The notes: generated by a model from the letters alone, not told the origin. Counted from the first letter of the stretch, positions 51,814 through 60,978 are shown. The stretch is DNA of 64,000 nucleotides from an uncultured bacterium (GCA_937958885.1 CALGMT010000015.1:4280-68279); one strand, 5' to 3'. Translations and numbers: made by a program.

Positions 51814-53150
51814 AGCGCGAGATCGAGCATCTGTGCGAGTGTCTCTGGTGGGCGATCGGTCAACGCGGGCCCGCGACGGCGGCCGAGCCGGATTGGTCCC
51901 GCTGGCTTGCGCTGGTGGACGAACACAAGCTCGGCGCATTCCTCTACAGCCGCTTGCGCGGCCGCGCCGAGTGGCCGGAACAGGTGCGATCCGCGCTGGC
52001 CGCGCAGCACGTCACCTCGGGATTTCTCAACGGGCTGCGCCTGCGCGAGCAGGCGCGCATCCTCGCGCGGATCCTCCCCGCGGCGCGGTGTGTGGTGCTC
52101 AAGGGCGCCGCGCTTGCGCTCACGCGCTACGCCGAAGCGGCGGAGCGCGATATGGTGGACTTGGATTTGTTTTGCGCGCGGCGCGAAGATGTCGATACAG
52201 CGCTCGACATCCTGCGCGCGAACCAGTACGCGCCGACGCGCGCGATACCCGGCCACCATCATTTGCCGCCGATGCTGCATCGCTCGGGGCGCCTTTCGGT
52301 CGAGCTGCACACCAATTTGACGACCCCCGGTTTGCCGTCCGCGTTTCTTGAACAATTCTTCGCGGATCGCGTGCACGTTTCGACACCCGGTGGAATCGCC
52401 GTGCCGGTGGCCGATCGCGCGCACCTTCTTTTTCATCATGGACTGCACACGCTGAAAGACCCGATTGAGAGCCCGCTGCTCCGCAATTTATTCGAGATCG
52501 CGTGGATGGCCTCCGACTTCGGTCCGGACGAGTGGACGCGGTTCACCCGCATCGCGGAATCGAGCGGGCGCAGCGAGGTCGTGCGCCGCGCGTTGGCGCT
52601 CGCGCGCGATTATTTTCCGGTGGACTTGCCGCCGTTCAAGCGGCCCCGCTACAGCTCGATCGAGTTTTGGGCGCGCCGTCGACTGGGCTGGATCGAGGAC
52701 GCCATGCGCCCGGCGACTCGTCGCTTGCGCCACATCGGCGTGAAGCATTTCGACCGGATGCCGTCCGGACGCTGGCGCACGGATGCGCTCGACATGGCGC
52801 GTGTGGCGGCGGTCAGCGTGAAGAACGGGATTGCGCATCATGCGCGCGCGCGGCTCGCGCCTCTTCGCGGGGCGCTGCTGCATCGGGTGGAGGCGCATGA
52901 ACTGGCCTTTGGCGAACATGCCGCGCTGTTGCGGCCCGAATCGGGACAGGTGTTTGTGTTGCGCGGCGATGCGATCGCCGTGTGGCGGGCGGCGGCGGCG
53001 CCCGTGTCGGGCGCGGAACTCTACCGCCGCCTGCTCGCGCAGGGCCTGCCGCCGCGCGCCGCGCGTCGCGCGGTGCGCTCGCTGTTGGCACTGGAGCTGA
53101 TCGCGCCGGCGTCAAATACTGCTGGAGCGCACGGCGCGCCGGACCTATAA
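51810..53150 (+). CDS. nucleotidyltransferase family (PF14907-like) protein fused to a C-terminal PqqD-like RRE domain
   Basis: ATG 51810 overlaps the kinase stop (ATGA). The N-terminal part has VVLKGAALALTRYAEAAERDMVDLDLF. The last ~85 aa (ALLRPESGQVFVLRGDAIAVWRAAAAPVSGAELYRRLLAQGLPPRAARRAVRSLLALELI) fit the PqqD pattern. Confidence 0.85.
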   Translation: MKREIEHLCECLWWAIGQRGPATAAEPDWSRWLALVDEHKLGAFLYSRLRGRAEWPEQVRSALAAQHVTSGFLNGLRLREQARILARILPAARCVVLKGAALALTRYAEAAERDMVDLDLFCARREDVDTALDILRANQYAPTRAIPGHHHLPPMLHRSGRLSVELHTNLTTPGLPSAFLEQFFADRVHVSTPGGIAVPVADRAHLLFHHGLHTLKDPIESPLLRNLFEIAWMASDFGPDEWTRFTRIAESSGRSEVVRRALALARDYFPVDLPPFKRPRYSSIEFWARRRLGWIEDAMRPATRRLRHIGVKHFDRMPSGRWRTDALDMARVAAVSVKNGIAHHARARLAPLRGALLHRVEAHELAFGEHAALLRPESGQVFVLRGDAIAVWRAAAAPVSGAELYRRLLAQGLPPRAARRAVRSLLALELIAPASNTAGAHGAPDL

Positions 53151-53179
53151 CCGTGCGCTCGGGACCGAGGGAGTACGCG

Positions 53180-53995
53180 ATGAGCATGACGATTCCATTT
53201 TGGAAAATGCACGGTGCGTCCAACGATTTCATCGTCGTCGACGATCGGGCGCGCTTGTTTCCGGAGCAGGACGCGGCGTGGCTGCGCGCGATCATGGCGC
53301 GGCGCACTGGCGTCGGTTCGGAGGGTGTCCTGCTGATCCAGCCGTCGGAGCGCGCCGATTTCCGGATGCGCTTCTTCAATCCGGACGGCGGCGAGGTCGA
53401 TATGTGCGGGAACGGCGCGCGCTGCATCGCGCGGCTTGCGTTCGAGCTCGGGGTCGCGCCGTCGCCGATGAGGTTCGAGACGGGCGCGGGACTGGTCCGC
53501 GCGGAGATGCTCGGCGATCAGGTGCGCCTCGGGATGACCGTGCCGCGCGACTGGCGCCTCGGCGGCGAACTCGCGGTCGACGGCGTCGTCTATGCGTACG
53601 ACTTTGTGAACAGCGGCGTGCCGCACGTCGTGGTCACGGTGGACGACGTGCGCGCGATCGATGTTGCACGGGTCGGCGCGGCGATTCGGTATCACGCGGA
53701 TTTTGCGCCGAAGGGTACGAATGCGAATTTCATTCAAATCATGGGTCCGGACGCCATTGCGGTGCGGACGTATGAGCGCGGCGTCGAGGCGGAGACGCTC
53801 GCGTGCGGGACGGGCATCGTTGCCGCGGGCTTGCTCGCCGGCAAGTCGGGTCGCGTCGCGCCGCCGGTGCGCGTCACGCCCGCCAGCGGCGATGTGCTGA
53901 TTGTGGATTACCGGTTGACGCCGGAAGGCGCGGAGGATGTGACCCTCACCGGGCCCGCTGTGCACGTATTCCGCGGGGAACTGCGCTACGGATAA
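53180..53995 (+). CDS. dapF: diaminopimelate epimerase
   Basis: ATG 53180 (MSMTIPFWKMHGASNDFIVVDD). Catalytic Cys motifs NPDGGEVDMCGNGARC and ETLACGTG. Confidence 0.95.
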   Translation: MSMTIPFWKMHGASNDFIVVDDRARLFPEQDAAWLRAIMARRTGVGSEGVLLIQPSERADFRMRFFNPDGGEVDMCGNGARCIARLAFELGVAPSPMRFETGAGLVRAEMLGDQVRLGMTVPRDWRLGGELAVDGVVYAYDFVNSGVPHVVVTVDDVRAIDVARVGAAIRYHADFAPKGTNANFIQIMGPDAIAVRTYERGVEAETLACGTGIVAAGLLAGKSGRVAPPVRVTPASGDVLIVDYRLTPEGAEDVTLTGPAVHVFRGELRYG

Positions 53996-54014
53996 TTCGT
54001 CGGACCTCGGTCGT

Positions 54015-54839
54015 TCAGGCGTCGGACTCGTCGGCTTTGACCTCTTCCCAGACGCGGTCGAGCTCGGCCAGGGGCAGGTCGGAAACGTTTTGGCCGCGCG
54101 CATGTACGCGCTTTTCGAGTTCGTCGAATCGGCGGACGAACTTTCGGATGGTCTGATCGAGAATTTCCTCGGCGTTGTGATCGAGGAAGCGGCTGACGTT
54201 TACGGCGGCGAACAGCAGATCGCCGATTTCTTCGCGGATGGCCGCGGCGTCGCCGGAGGCGACCGCGGCGCGGATTTCGGCGATTTCCTCTTCCAGCTTG
54301 TCGAGGGCGCCGTCCACGTGGTCCCAGTCGAAGCCGATGCGCGCGACACGTTTCTGGACGAGGTGTGCGCGGCGCAGCGCGGGCAGGCTGCGCGGGATGC
54401 CGTCGAGCGTGGAGCGCGGCTTCTCGCCGCGTTCGGCTTTTTTGATCGCCTCCCAGTTTTTCAGCACCTGCTCGGGATTGTCCGCCTTCACATCGCCGAA
54501 GACGTGCGGGTGGCGGCGCACGAGTTTGTCGCCGATCGCGCGGGCGACGTCGTCGAACGCGAACGCGCCTTCTTCGGCGCAGATTTGCGCCTGGAACACG
54601 ACTTGCAACAGCAGGTCGCCCAATTCGTCGCGAAGCTGCGATCGGTCGCCGCTGTCGATTGCGTCGAGCACCTCATGGCTTTCCTCGACGAGGTGGTCTT
54701 TGAGGGAATGCAGGGTTTGCTCGTGGTCCCACGGGCAGCCGCCGGGCCCGCGCAGGATGCGCATGATCGCGAGCAGGCGCGGCAAGGGCTCGCCGCCGGG
54801 ATCGCGATGCGCCGGAGCGGGTGGAGCGGGGTCTGGCAT
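54015..54839 (-). CDS. mazG: nucleoside triphosphate pyrophosphohydrolase MazG
   Basis: Two MazG repeats: CPWDHEQTLHSLKDHLVEESHEVLDAI and EEIGDLLFAAVNVSRF. Confidence 0.93.
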   Translation of the reverse strand: MPDPAPPAPAHRDPGGEPLPRLLAIMRILRGPGGCPWDHEQTLHSLKDHLVEESHEVLDAIDSGDRSQLRDELGDLLLQVVFQAQICAEEGAFAFDDVARAIGDKLVRRHPHVFGDVKADNPEQVLKNWEAIKKAERGEKPRSTLDGIPRSLPALRRAHLVQKRVARIGFDWDHVDGALDKLEEEIAEIRAAVASGDAAAIREEIGDLLFAAVNVSRFLDHNAEEILDQTIRKFVRRFDELEKRVHARGQNVSDLPLAELDRVWEEVKADESDA

Positions 54840-54849
54840 CGCGCGCGGC

Positions 54850-55566
54850 CTAGCGCAACGAGGGGATCAGGTCGTCGAGTGTCGTGTTGATGTCGATATC
54901 GTCCCACGATTCGACGATCACATCGGCGCCGCTGAAGTCGTGGTGGCCCGTGAAGGCGTCCGGCGCGGCGATCGTGCGGAGGCCTGCCGACAGCGCGGAT
55001 TTGCAGGTGGCGTGGCTGCTGCCGACAGCGACGCAGAATCGCGCCGTTTTGCCGAGCTGTTTTGCGGCCTTCAACCAGGCATCGGCGCGGGGGAACAGTT
55101 TGTCCTCGTCGCTGAACACGAACAACTGGATGCCGCGGCCTTCGAAACCAGCCGCATGAAAGGCTTTCTTGGCAAGCGCTTCCGGCAATCCGGTCAGCGC
55201 CGCGGCGGTCAGGCCGCGGCGCGCGGCCGCATCGAGCAGCTTCGCCATGCCCGGATTTAATGGGATTCGGCCGGCGTTGAATTGGTCGGCGAGCGCGCCG
55301 TTGAGGGCGTCGGCGAGTTCGCTTGCGCCGTCGTTGAGGCGGAGGAGTCCGATGAGCTGCGCGGCCAGCGTCGAGATCGGGCCGCCGCAGCGGGCAAACA
55401 TCGCCATGTCGAGTCTGGTTTGCCGCGATTCGAAATGCGCGCGAGCGGCCTCGAACAACACCGGCCGAATCGGAAGGGCTGCGCCTTCGAGTTCGAAGAG
55501 GAGGGCGGCGGGCGGCGGGGCGCCGGCGGATCGAGTCGCGGGGGTGGATTCAGCGGCGGTGGACAT
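54850..55566 (-). CDS. HAD-like fold protein with non-canonical motif I
   Basis: HAD-like layout (LLFELEGAAL...LTGLPE...VGSSHA) but Glu-x-Glu occupies the Asp-x-Asp position. Confidence 0.65.
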   Translation of the reverse strand: MSTAAESTPATRSAGAPPPAALLFELEGAALPIRPVLFEAARAHFESRQTRLDMAMFARCGGPISTLAAQLIGLLRLNDGASELADALNGALADQFNAGRIPLNPGMAKLLDAAARRGLTAAALTGLPEALAKKAFHAAGFEGRGIQLFVFSDEDKLFPRADAWLKAAKQLGKTARFCVAVGSSHATCKSALSAGLRTIAAPDAFTGHHDFSGADVIVESWDDIDINTTLDDLIPSLR

Positions 55567-55641
55567 AAATGGCGAGCTCCTTCGTCATGAGTAAGCGGCG
55601 AGAATAGGAACGGATATGCGTTCGGTCAAGACTCGGGCGGT

Positions 55642-57228
55642 TCAGGAGAATTCCGCGATGACGAGGGTGTAGTCGTCGCTGGCGGTGATGGCGCCGCGGT
55701 GGCCGGCGAGCGCGCGGGAGAGCCGCTCGATCACGACGGGGGCAGGCTCGGCGCCGTGAGCGCGCAGCAGCGCCAGGAAGCGCTCGTCGCCGAACTCCTC
55801 GCCCGCGCTGTTCATCGCCTCTGTGATCCCGTCGGTATAAAACACGAGCTTGTCGCGCGCACCGAACGAGCAATCCGCTTCGGGCCAGTCGCCCGCTTCG
55901 CACAGTCCGATGGCCGCGCCGGTCGGCATCGCGATCGGCGTCGCGACGCCGCCCGACGCCAGCACCGGCGGCGGATGTCCGGCGCTTGCGAGCCGGCAGA
56001 CGGAGGCGCGCAGGTCGAACACGGCATAGATGATGGTCACGAACTTATCCGACGGGATTTCGCGGCCCACGAGGCGGTTGATCCGCGCGAGCGCAGCGCC
56101 GGGCCGGCCGACGATCGGGTCGGCGTCGCGCTCGGCTTTCATGGCTTCGACGGTCATTTTCACCAGTCCGGAGATGAGCGCGGCGCTCGCGCCGTGCCCG
56201 GCGACATCGGCGACATAGAGGACGATTCGATCATCATCCACCTGGAACGCGTCATACAAATCGCCGCCGAGCATTTCGCAGGTGACGAAGCATCGGTCGA
56301 ACGAAAGTCGATCATGGCGCGGGAACTCGCGCGGAAGCAGGCCGAGTTGCACATCCTGTGCGAGTTTGAGTTCTTCCTCGTATTGTCGGTTCATCCGTTC
56401 CAGTTGCGCGTTGGCGGCGTGTAGCAGGCGGTTGCGGGTTTCCAATTCGCGCGTGAGGGCCTCGTTGCGCGCGAGGGCGAGGTGTTGCTTTCGATACAGC
56501 ACGAGCACGACGGTGAGCAGCGCGTTCATCGCCAGCGCGAGCACCCACGCGGCGCGGCGCACGGCGGCTTTCTTGGACCGAACCGTATCCGCGAGCACAT
56601 CGACGCCGACGATGGCGGCCGTTCCGCCATCCGCGCCGCGCACAGGCGCGTAGCCGGAGATCGAATCGGGATAGGGCGGGTCGGCGGTGACCGCCTCGTC
56701 CGCGGCGGGCGCATGCCACGCGGCGACCATGGCGGGGAAGTCGGTCGCGTCGTAGGGCGTGCCGGGCTGTTGTGCGCGCTCGTCGTCGTCGATGACGCCG
56801 TTGCCGTTTCGGTCCCGTTCGCGCTCGTCCACGATGTAGAGGTAGGCGGTATCGGGCGAGCCGGGCGTCGTATCGCGCCGCATGACGTAGGCGTAGCGCA
56901 CGTCGGGATTTGCCGCGGTCACGTTGTCGATCAACTCCTGGATGCGCTGGAAACCGGGCCGCGTCATATCGTCGGGTCCATGTATCTGCGCCAGCTCATC
57001 CGGATCGAGCGCGGCGGCCAGGGCGACGGCGATGCCGCGCGCTTGTGCGCGTATTTCATCGAGGACGGCTTTATCGGCGGTGCGCGTCATCCATCCGAAC
57101 AGCATGATGACGGCGAGCCAGCAGAAGATGAGGATGGCGAGTCGCGTGTGCAGATGGCGGGGCACCGGAACCCGCATGCGCAGGCGCCGCCGCTCTGTGG
57201 ACTCCCAGCCTGAAGCCCCGCCCGACAT
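55642..57228 (-). CDS. PP2C/SpoIIE family protein phosphatase with N-terminal extracytoplasmic sensor domain
   Basis: Start at ATG 57228 (57177 is an alternative). TM, a Cache-like region (ISGYAPVRGADGGTAAIVGVDV), a second TM, a coiled coil, then the SpoIIE domain (GGDLYD, YVADVAGHG, FYTDGITE). Confidence 0.85.
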   Translation of the reverse strand: MSGGASGWESTERRRLRMRVPVPRHLHTRLAILIFCWLAVIMLFGWMTRTADKAVLDEIRAQARGIAVALAAALDPDELAQIHGPDDMTRPGFQRIQELIDNVTAANPDVRYAYVMRRDTTPGSPDTAYLYIVDERERDRNGNGVIDDDERAQQPGTPYDATDFPAMVAAWHAPAADEAVTADPPYPDSISGYAPVRGADGGTAAIVGVDVLADTVRSKKAAVRRAAWVLALAMNALLTVVLVLYRKQHLALARNEALTRELETRNRLLHAANAQLERMNRQYEEELKLAQDVQLGLLPREFPRHDRLSFDRCFVTCEMLGGDLYDAFQVDDDRIVLYVADVAGHGASAALISGLVKMTVEAMKAERDADPIVGRPGAALARINRLVGREIPSDKFVTIIYAVFDLRASVCRLASAGHPPPVLASGGVATPIAMPTGAAIGLCEAGDWPEADCSFGARDKLVFYTDGITEAMNSAGEEFGDERFLALLRAHGAEPAPVVIERLSRALAGHRGAITASDDYTLVIAEFS

Positions 57229-57281
57229 GGCGGTAGAATGACAAGGCGCCGTCTCGCTTGGCGAGGCTTTTTGGATCGGCG

Positions 57282-58412
57282 TCAGGCGGAGCAGGCGCGG
57301 CGGTAGGCGTCGATTGTCAGGCGCGCGGTTCGTTCCCAGGTGAAGTGGGCGGCGCGCCGCAGACCGCGACGCGCGAGGTCTTCCGCGATTTCGGTGCGCG
57401 TGAGGACCTCGGTGAGCGCATCGACGAGCTGCGGAAGGATCGCGGGGTCCACCTTGCGCGCGGCGTCGCCGGCGACTTCGGGCAGCGAGCCGATGTTGCT
57501 GCAGACACAGGGGGTGCCGCAGGCCATTGCTTCGAGCAGGGTGAGGCCGAAGCCCTCGTAGCGGGACGGCAGGCAGAAGACGTCGGCGGTCTGGTATTCG
57601 CGGATAAGCTGGTCCGGCGCGACGTAGCCGGTCCAATCGACGTACGGCGCGAGGCCGAGCTCCTGCGCGCGGCGCGGGGCCTCGGGGTAGCGCGGATCGG
57701 GCGAGCCGACCACGCGCAGCCGCGCGGGCACGCCGTTTGCGCGCACGCCCGCGAGCGCCTCGACGAGGCGCGGGAGATTCTTGTAGGGATCGGAGCGTCC
57801 GACGTAGAGGATGATTTTCTCCGCGCGATCGCGCGGACGCGCGCCCGGCCGGTAGTTCGGCGAAACGCCTTCCGGAATGGCGACCACGCGGTCGGCGCGC
57901 GCGGGCGGGATGCGCAGTTCCTGAATGATGTCGCGCCGTGTGGACTGGCTCGGCGCGATGATCAGGTCGGCGCGCGCGGCGATGCTCAACATGAGGCGGC
58001 GATAGAGCGGAAACAAACGGGATTTCCGCGATTTGGGCGCGTGGTCGGGGAAGAGCAACGGGATGAGGTCGTGGATGGTGACCACGCGGCGCACGCGGCC
58101 GGGCCGGAGCAGCGGCATCATGTAGTTGGTCGAGTGGAACACATCGAAGCCGCGGCGAGACAGCAACCCCGGCAGCAGCGCCTGCCCGCGGGGACTAAAC
58201 ACCCCGTACGGCACGCGCAGTGCGCGGAAGCGCGGCGAGAGATCAAAGCGCGCGGCCGCGCGCGTGCGCTCCTGCACATCGACCCGGTCGAACAGCAGCG
58301 TATATTCATTTTCGTGGTCCACGCGCGCGAGTGCGCGGATCAGCTCCTGCGTGTAGAGGCCGATGCCGGAGAGCTCCGGGAAAATCCAGCGCGCGTCGAT
58401 GCAGATGTTCAT
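57282..58412 (-). CDS. glycosyltransferase family 4
   Basis: 376 aa, GT-B fold. The C-terminal domain has LPSRYEGFGLTLLEAMACGTP. Confidence 0.9.
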   Translation of the reverse strand: MNICIDARWIFPELSGIGLYTQELIRALARVDHENEYTLLFDRVDVQERTRAAARFDLSPRFRALRVPYGVFSPRGQALLPGLLSRRGFDVFHSTNYMMPLLRPGRVRRVVTIHDLIPLLFPDHAPKSRKSRLFPLYRRLMLSIAARADLIIAPSQSTRRDIIQELRIPPARADRVVAIPEGVSPNYRPGARPRDRAEKIILYVGRSDPYKNLPRLVEALAGVRANGVPARLRVVGSPDPRYPEAPRRAQELGLAPYVDWTGYVAPDQLIREYQTADVFCLPSRYEGFGLTLLEAMACGTPCVCSNIGSLPEVAGDAARKVDPAILPQLVDALTEVLTRTEIAEDLARRGLRRAAHFTWERTARLTIDAYRRACSA

Positions 58413-59581
58413 AATGACGCGGCCGCCTCGCCGTGTTTCGCTCGGAGGCCCTCTTGTTCGCGGTAGTCCGCGAGCGCGGCTTCATAGACCGCCCAGGTGC
58501 GGCGGGCGGTCTCGTTCCAGGTGTAGCGCGCGGCCCGCTCCGCGCCGCGGCGGCGCAGGTTGTCGAGCATGGCCGGCGCGCTCAAGAGCGCGCCGATTTC
58601 GGCGGCCCAGCGACCCGCGTCGATCGCGTCGAGCACGAGCGCGCCGTCGCCGCAGATTTCAGCGAGCGCGCCGCCGGGCGAGACGACGGCAGGCGTGCCG
58701 CACGCCATCGCCTCGAGGGGCGGGAAACCGAACCCCTCATAGAGCGAGGGCAGTACAAACAGTTCCGCGCCCCCGTAGAGCGCGGGCAGGTCGGCCTCGG
58801 CCAGGTCCTCGATCAGGCGGATGCGCGAACGGCGCGTCGAGCGCGCGATGCGGTCGAGGATCGGTTGATATTTCCAGCCGCGCCGTCCCGCGATCACGAG
58901 GTCGCCGTCGAATTTCGACAGGCGCTCGAAGACCTCGATCAGAAACGGATAGTTCTTGCGCGGTTCGAGCGTGCCGACGGTCAGCAGATAGGGCCGCTGC
59001 AGGTCGAGCCGTTTGCGCAGCGCGCGGACGACCTCGGCCGGGGGGCGGTGCATCGCCGGGTCGAGGCCCGAGGGAATCGCGTGGAGTTTCGTTGCGGGCG
59101 CGTCGAGCAGTTCGGCGACCTCGCGCGCGGTGAACGCGGAGACGGTGATGATCGCGTTCGCGCGCCGCACCGTCTCGCGAATGTGCGCGTTGAGATAGAC
59201 GAGGTTCCGCGCCTCGATGGTTTCCGGATAGCGCAGAAAAGCGACATCATGGATTGTGACGACCGACGCGCCGCGCGCCAGGGGGGGGCGGATGAAGTTC
59301 GGGAAGTGATAGACATCCGCAGGTCCCGCGAACCAGTCGTAGGGCGGCCAACCGAACGTCTTCCACGCGAATTGAGGCGCGCGCCCGGGCATCCAGCGGC
59401 ACCGGCGCAGCTCCGCGCCTTCGACATCGAACGGCGCCCCGCGCCCGCGGAAATCGAAGTGGAACAGGGCAAGCTCGCGCGGTCCGCGCGTCGGGCCGAG
59501 GTGTTCCGCGAGCATCTGGGTATAGCGTCCGACCCCGGCGCGCGCGCCGAGCGTGGACTGGATGTCGAGGCAGACCTTCAT
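58409..59581 (-). CDS. glycosyltransferase family 4
   Basis: 390 aa with LPSLYEGFGFPPLEAMACGTP. Has a 4-nt overlap with the downstream GT4 gene. Confidence 0.9.
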   Translation of the reverse strand: MKVCLDIQSTLGARAGVGRYTQMLAEHLGPTRGPRELALFHFDFRGRGAPFDVEGAELRRCRWMPGRAPQFAWKTFGWPPYDWFAGPADVYHFPNFIRPPLARGASVVTIHDVAFLRYPETIEARNLVYLNAHIRETVRRANAIITVSAFTAREVAELLDAPATKLHAIPSGLDPAMHRPPAEVVRALRKRLDLQRPYLLTVGTLEPRKNYPFLIEVFERLSKFDGDLVIAGRRGWKYQPILDRIARSTRRSRIRLIEDLAEADLPALYGGAELFVLPSLYEGFGFPPLEAMACGTPAVVSPGGALAEICGDGALVLDAIDAGRWAAEIGALLSAPAMLDNLRRRGAERAARYTWNETARRTWAVYEAALADYREQEGLRAKHGEAAASL

Positions 59582-59762
59582 ACGCCGCGCGCAGTGTAGC
59601 GAGTCCCCCGCCGCCGTTCCAGATATGCCGCGTTCGTTTTTCGCGCGCGCGATTCAGGCTGCGCTCCGTCATCGGGGGCAACGGCCTTCCTCTTCCGCGG
59701 GCGCAGCGTCGGAACTACAGCGCTCCCAATACGATGCCGGCGACACGCGTCCGGCGCGCACG

Positions 59763-59791
59763 TTGACAGCGGGCGCGGCGCGTGCGAATAT
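59763..59791 (+). promoter_or_regulatory. candidate sigma70-type promoter of the FHA gene
   Basis: TTGACA (59763-59768), a 17-nt spacer, then GAATAT (59786-59791). GGAG lies 9 nt before ATG 59817. Confidence 0.45.
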
Positions 59792-59816
59792 CGATTTTCA
59801 ACTGGAGCGAGATATC

Positions 59817-60317
59817 ATGGCTGTACTCATGGGCATGTCCGGCGACGTCAAAGGCAAGACATACCCGATCGATGACAACGGATTGACGCTTGGCCGGAGC
59901 ACAGACAATACGGTCGCCATCAACAACGCGACCGTGTCCGGCCATCACGCGACGATCCGGCGCGAGGGCGACGCCTATATCTTGCGCGATCTCGGTTCGA
60001 CGAACGGCACCCGCGTCAATTCGCGCGAGGTGAAAGAGGCCGCGCTGCGCCCCAAGGATCTGATCCAGGTCGGGTCCGTCGAGTTCCTGTTCAATTCCGA
60101 GGCGATGAGCTTCGAGGACGCTCAGGCCGCCATGACGCGCACCGAGGTGCTCGAAAGCCAGGGCTCGGTCTCGATGCCGGAGTCGTTCGACAACATTTCG
60201 CCGTTCGGCGCGCGCCGCCGCGAGAATCTGACCTTCTGGGTTCCGCTCATCGTCGCGCTGGGCCTGCTCGCGCTCGGCGTGGTCATCTATCTGTTTATCA
60301 AGCTGTTCTCGGCCTGA
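59817..60317 (+). CDS. FHA domain protein with C-terminal TM anchor
   Basis: ATG 59817. LTLGRSTDNTVAINNATVSGHHATI...DLGSTNGTRVN is a canonical FHA core. C-terminal helix FWVPLIVALGLLALGVVIYLFI. Confidence 0.88.
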   Translation: MAVLMGMSGDVKGKTYPIDDNGLTLGRSTDNTVAINNATVSGHHATIRREGDAYILRDLGSTNGTRVNSREVKEAALRPKDLIQVGSVEFLFNSEAMSFEDAQAAMTRTEVLESQGSVSMPESFDNISPFGARRRENLTFWVPLIVALGLLALGVVIYLFIKLFSA

Positions 60318-60342
60318 CCGCCCGCGCGTCGCCGCATTCGCC

Positions 60343-60975
60343 ATGCGACCCGCACAGTCAGCCGGTTTCACCCTCGTCGAGCTGCTGCTCGCGGCGGCCA
60401 TCGCGGTCCTGATCGCGGCGCTTGCCTGGTCGCTCCTCTCGACAACCGGGCGTTCGGTTTCCTCTCAGGAGGCGCGCGCGGCGGGACCCGCCGCCGCTGC
60501 GCGCGCGGCGGAGCGCGCGCAGGCGGACCTCGCCGCTTTGTTTCTGCCGGAGGGCGACGCGGCCTGCGCGCTCGCGCTGGAGGAGAATGGCTCGCGCATT
60601 GCGTTTTGCGCGGTGCGCGCGGCGGGCCGCACGCCCGATCTCGTGTGGAGCGATCCACGGCGCATCGAGTATGCGGTGGAAAACGCAGGCGGACCGGATG
60701 CCGCGTTGGTGCGCGTCGAAGAGGCGCTTGCGGGTCCGCTCGGGCGCGTCACGAACCGCGTGCTGTCGCGCGTCGCAGAGTTCGCGATCGAATTGCACGA
60801 CGGCGCGGACTGGCGTCGCGCGTGGCCGCCGGAGGGCGTGACGCCGCCGCCGATTCCCCAGCGAGCGCGAATCACGGTTCGCAAAGAGGACATGGCCGAC
60901 GCGATTTCGGCGGAGTGCTGGATTCCCGTCGGGCACTCCTTCACGTCGCGCATGGTCCGTTCGGCGGCCGAGTAG
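60343..60975 (+). CDS. prepilin-type N-terminal cleavage/methylation domain protein (GspJ-like pseudopilin)
   Basis: MRPAQSAGFTLVELLLAAAIAVLIA carries the G/FTLxE prepilin signature. Confidence 0.85.
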   Translation: MRPAQSAGFTLVELLLAAAIAVLIAALAWSLLSTTGRSVSSQEARAAGPAAAARAAERAQADLAALFLPEGDAACALALEENGSRIAFCAVRAAGRTPDLVWSDPRRIEYAVENAGGPDAALVRVEEALAGPLGRVTNRVLSRVAEFAIELHDGADWRRAWPPEGVTPPPIPQRARITVRKEDMADAISAECWIPVGHSFTSRMVRSAAE

Positions 60976-60978
60976 CGC

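Noticed and set aside
50805-53150. Canonical lasso-peptide biosynthetic cluster
   Set aside because: The window has no asparagine-synthetase-like cyclase, transglutaminase-like leader protease or ABC exporter. The flanking genes are dapF and a PEP-CTERM gene, and only the tailoring-type enzymes and an RRE are present.
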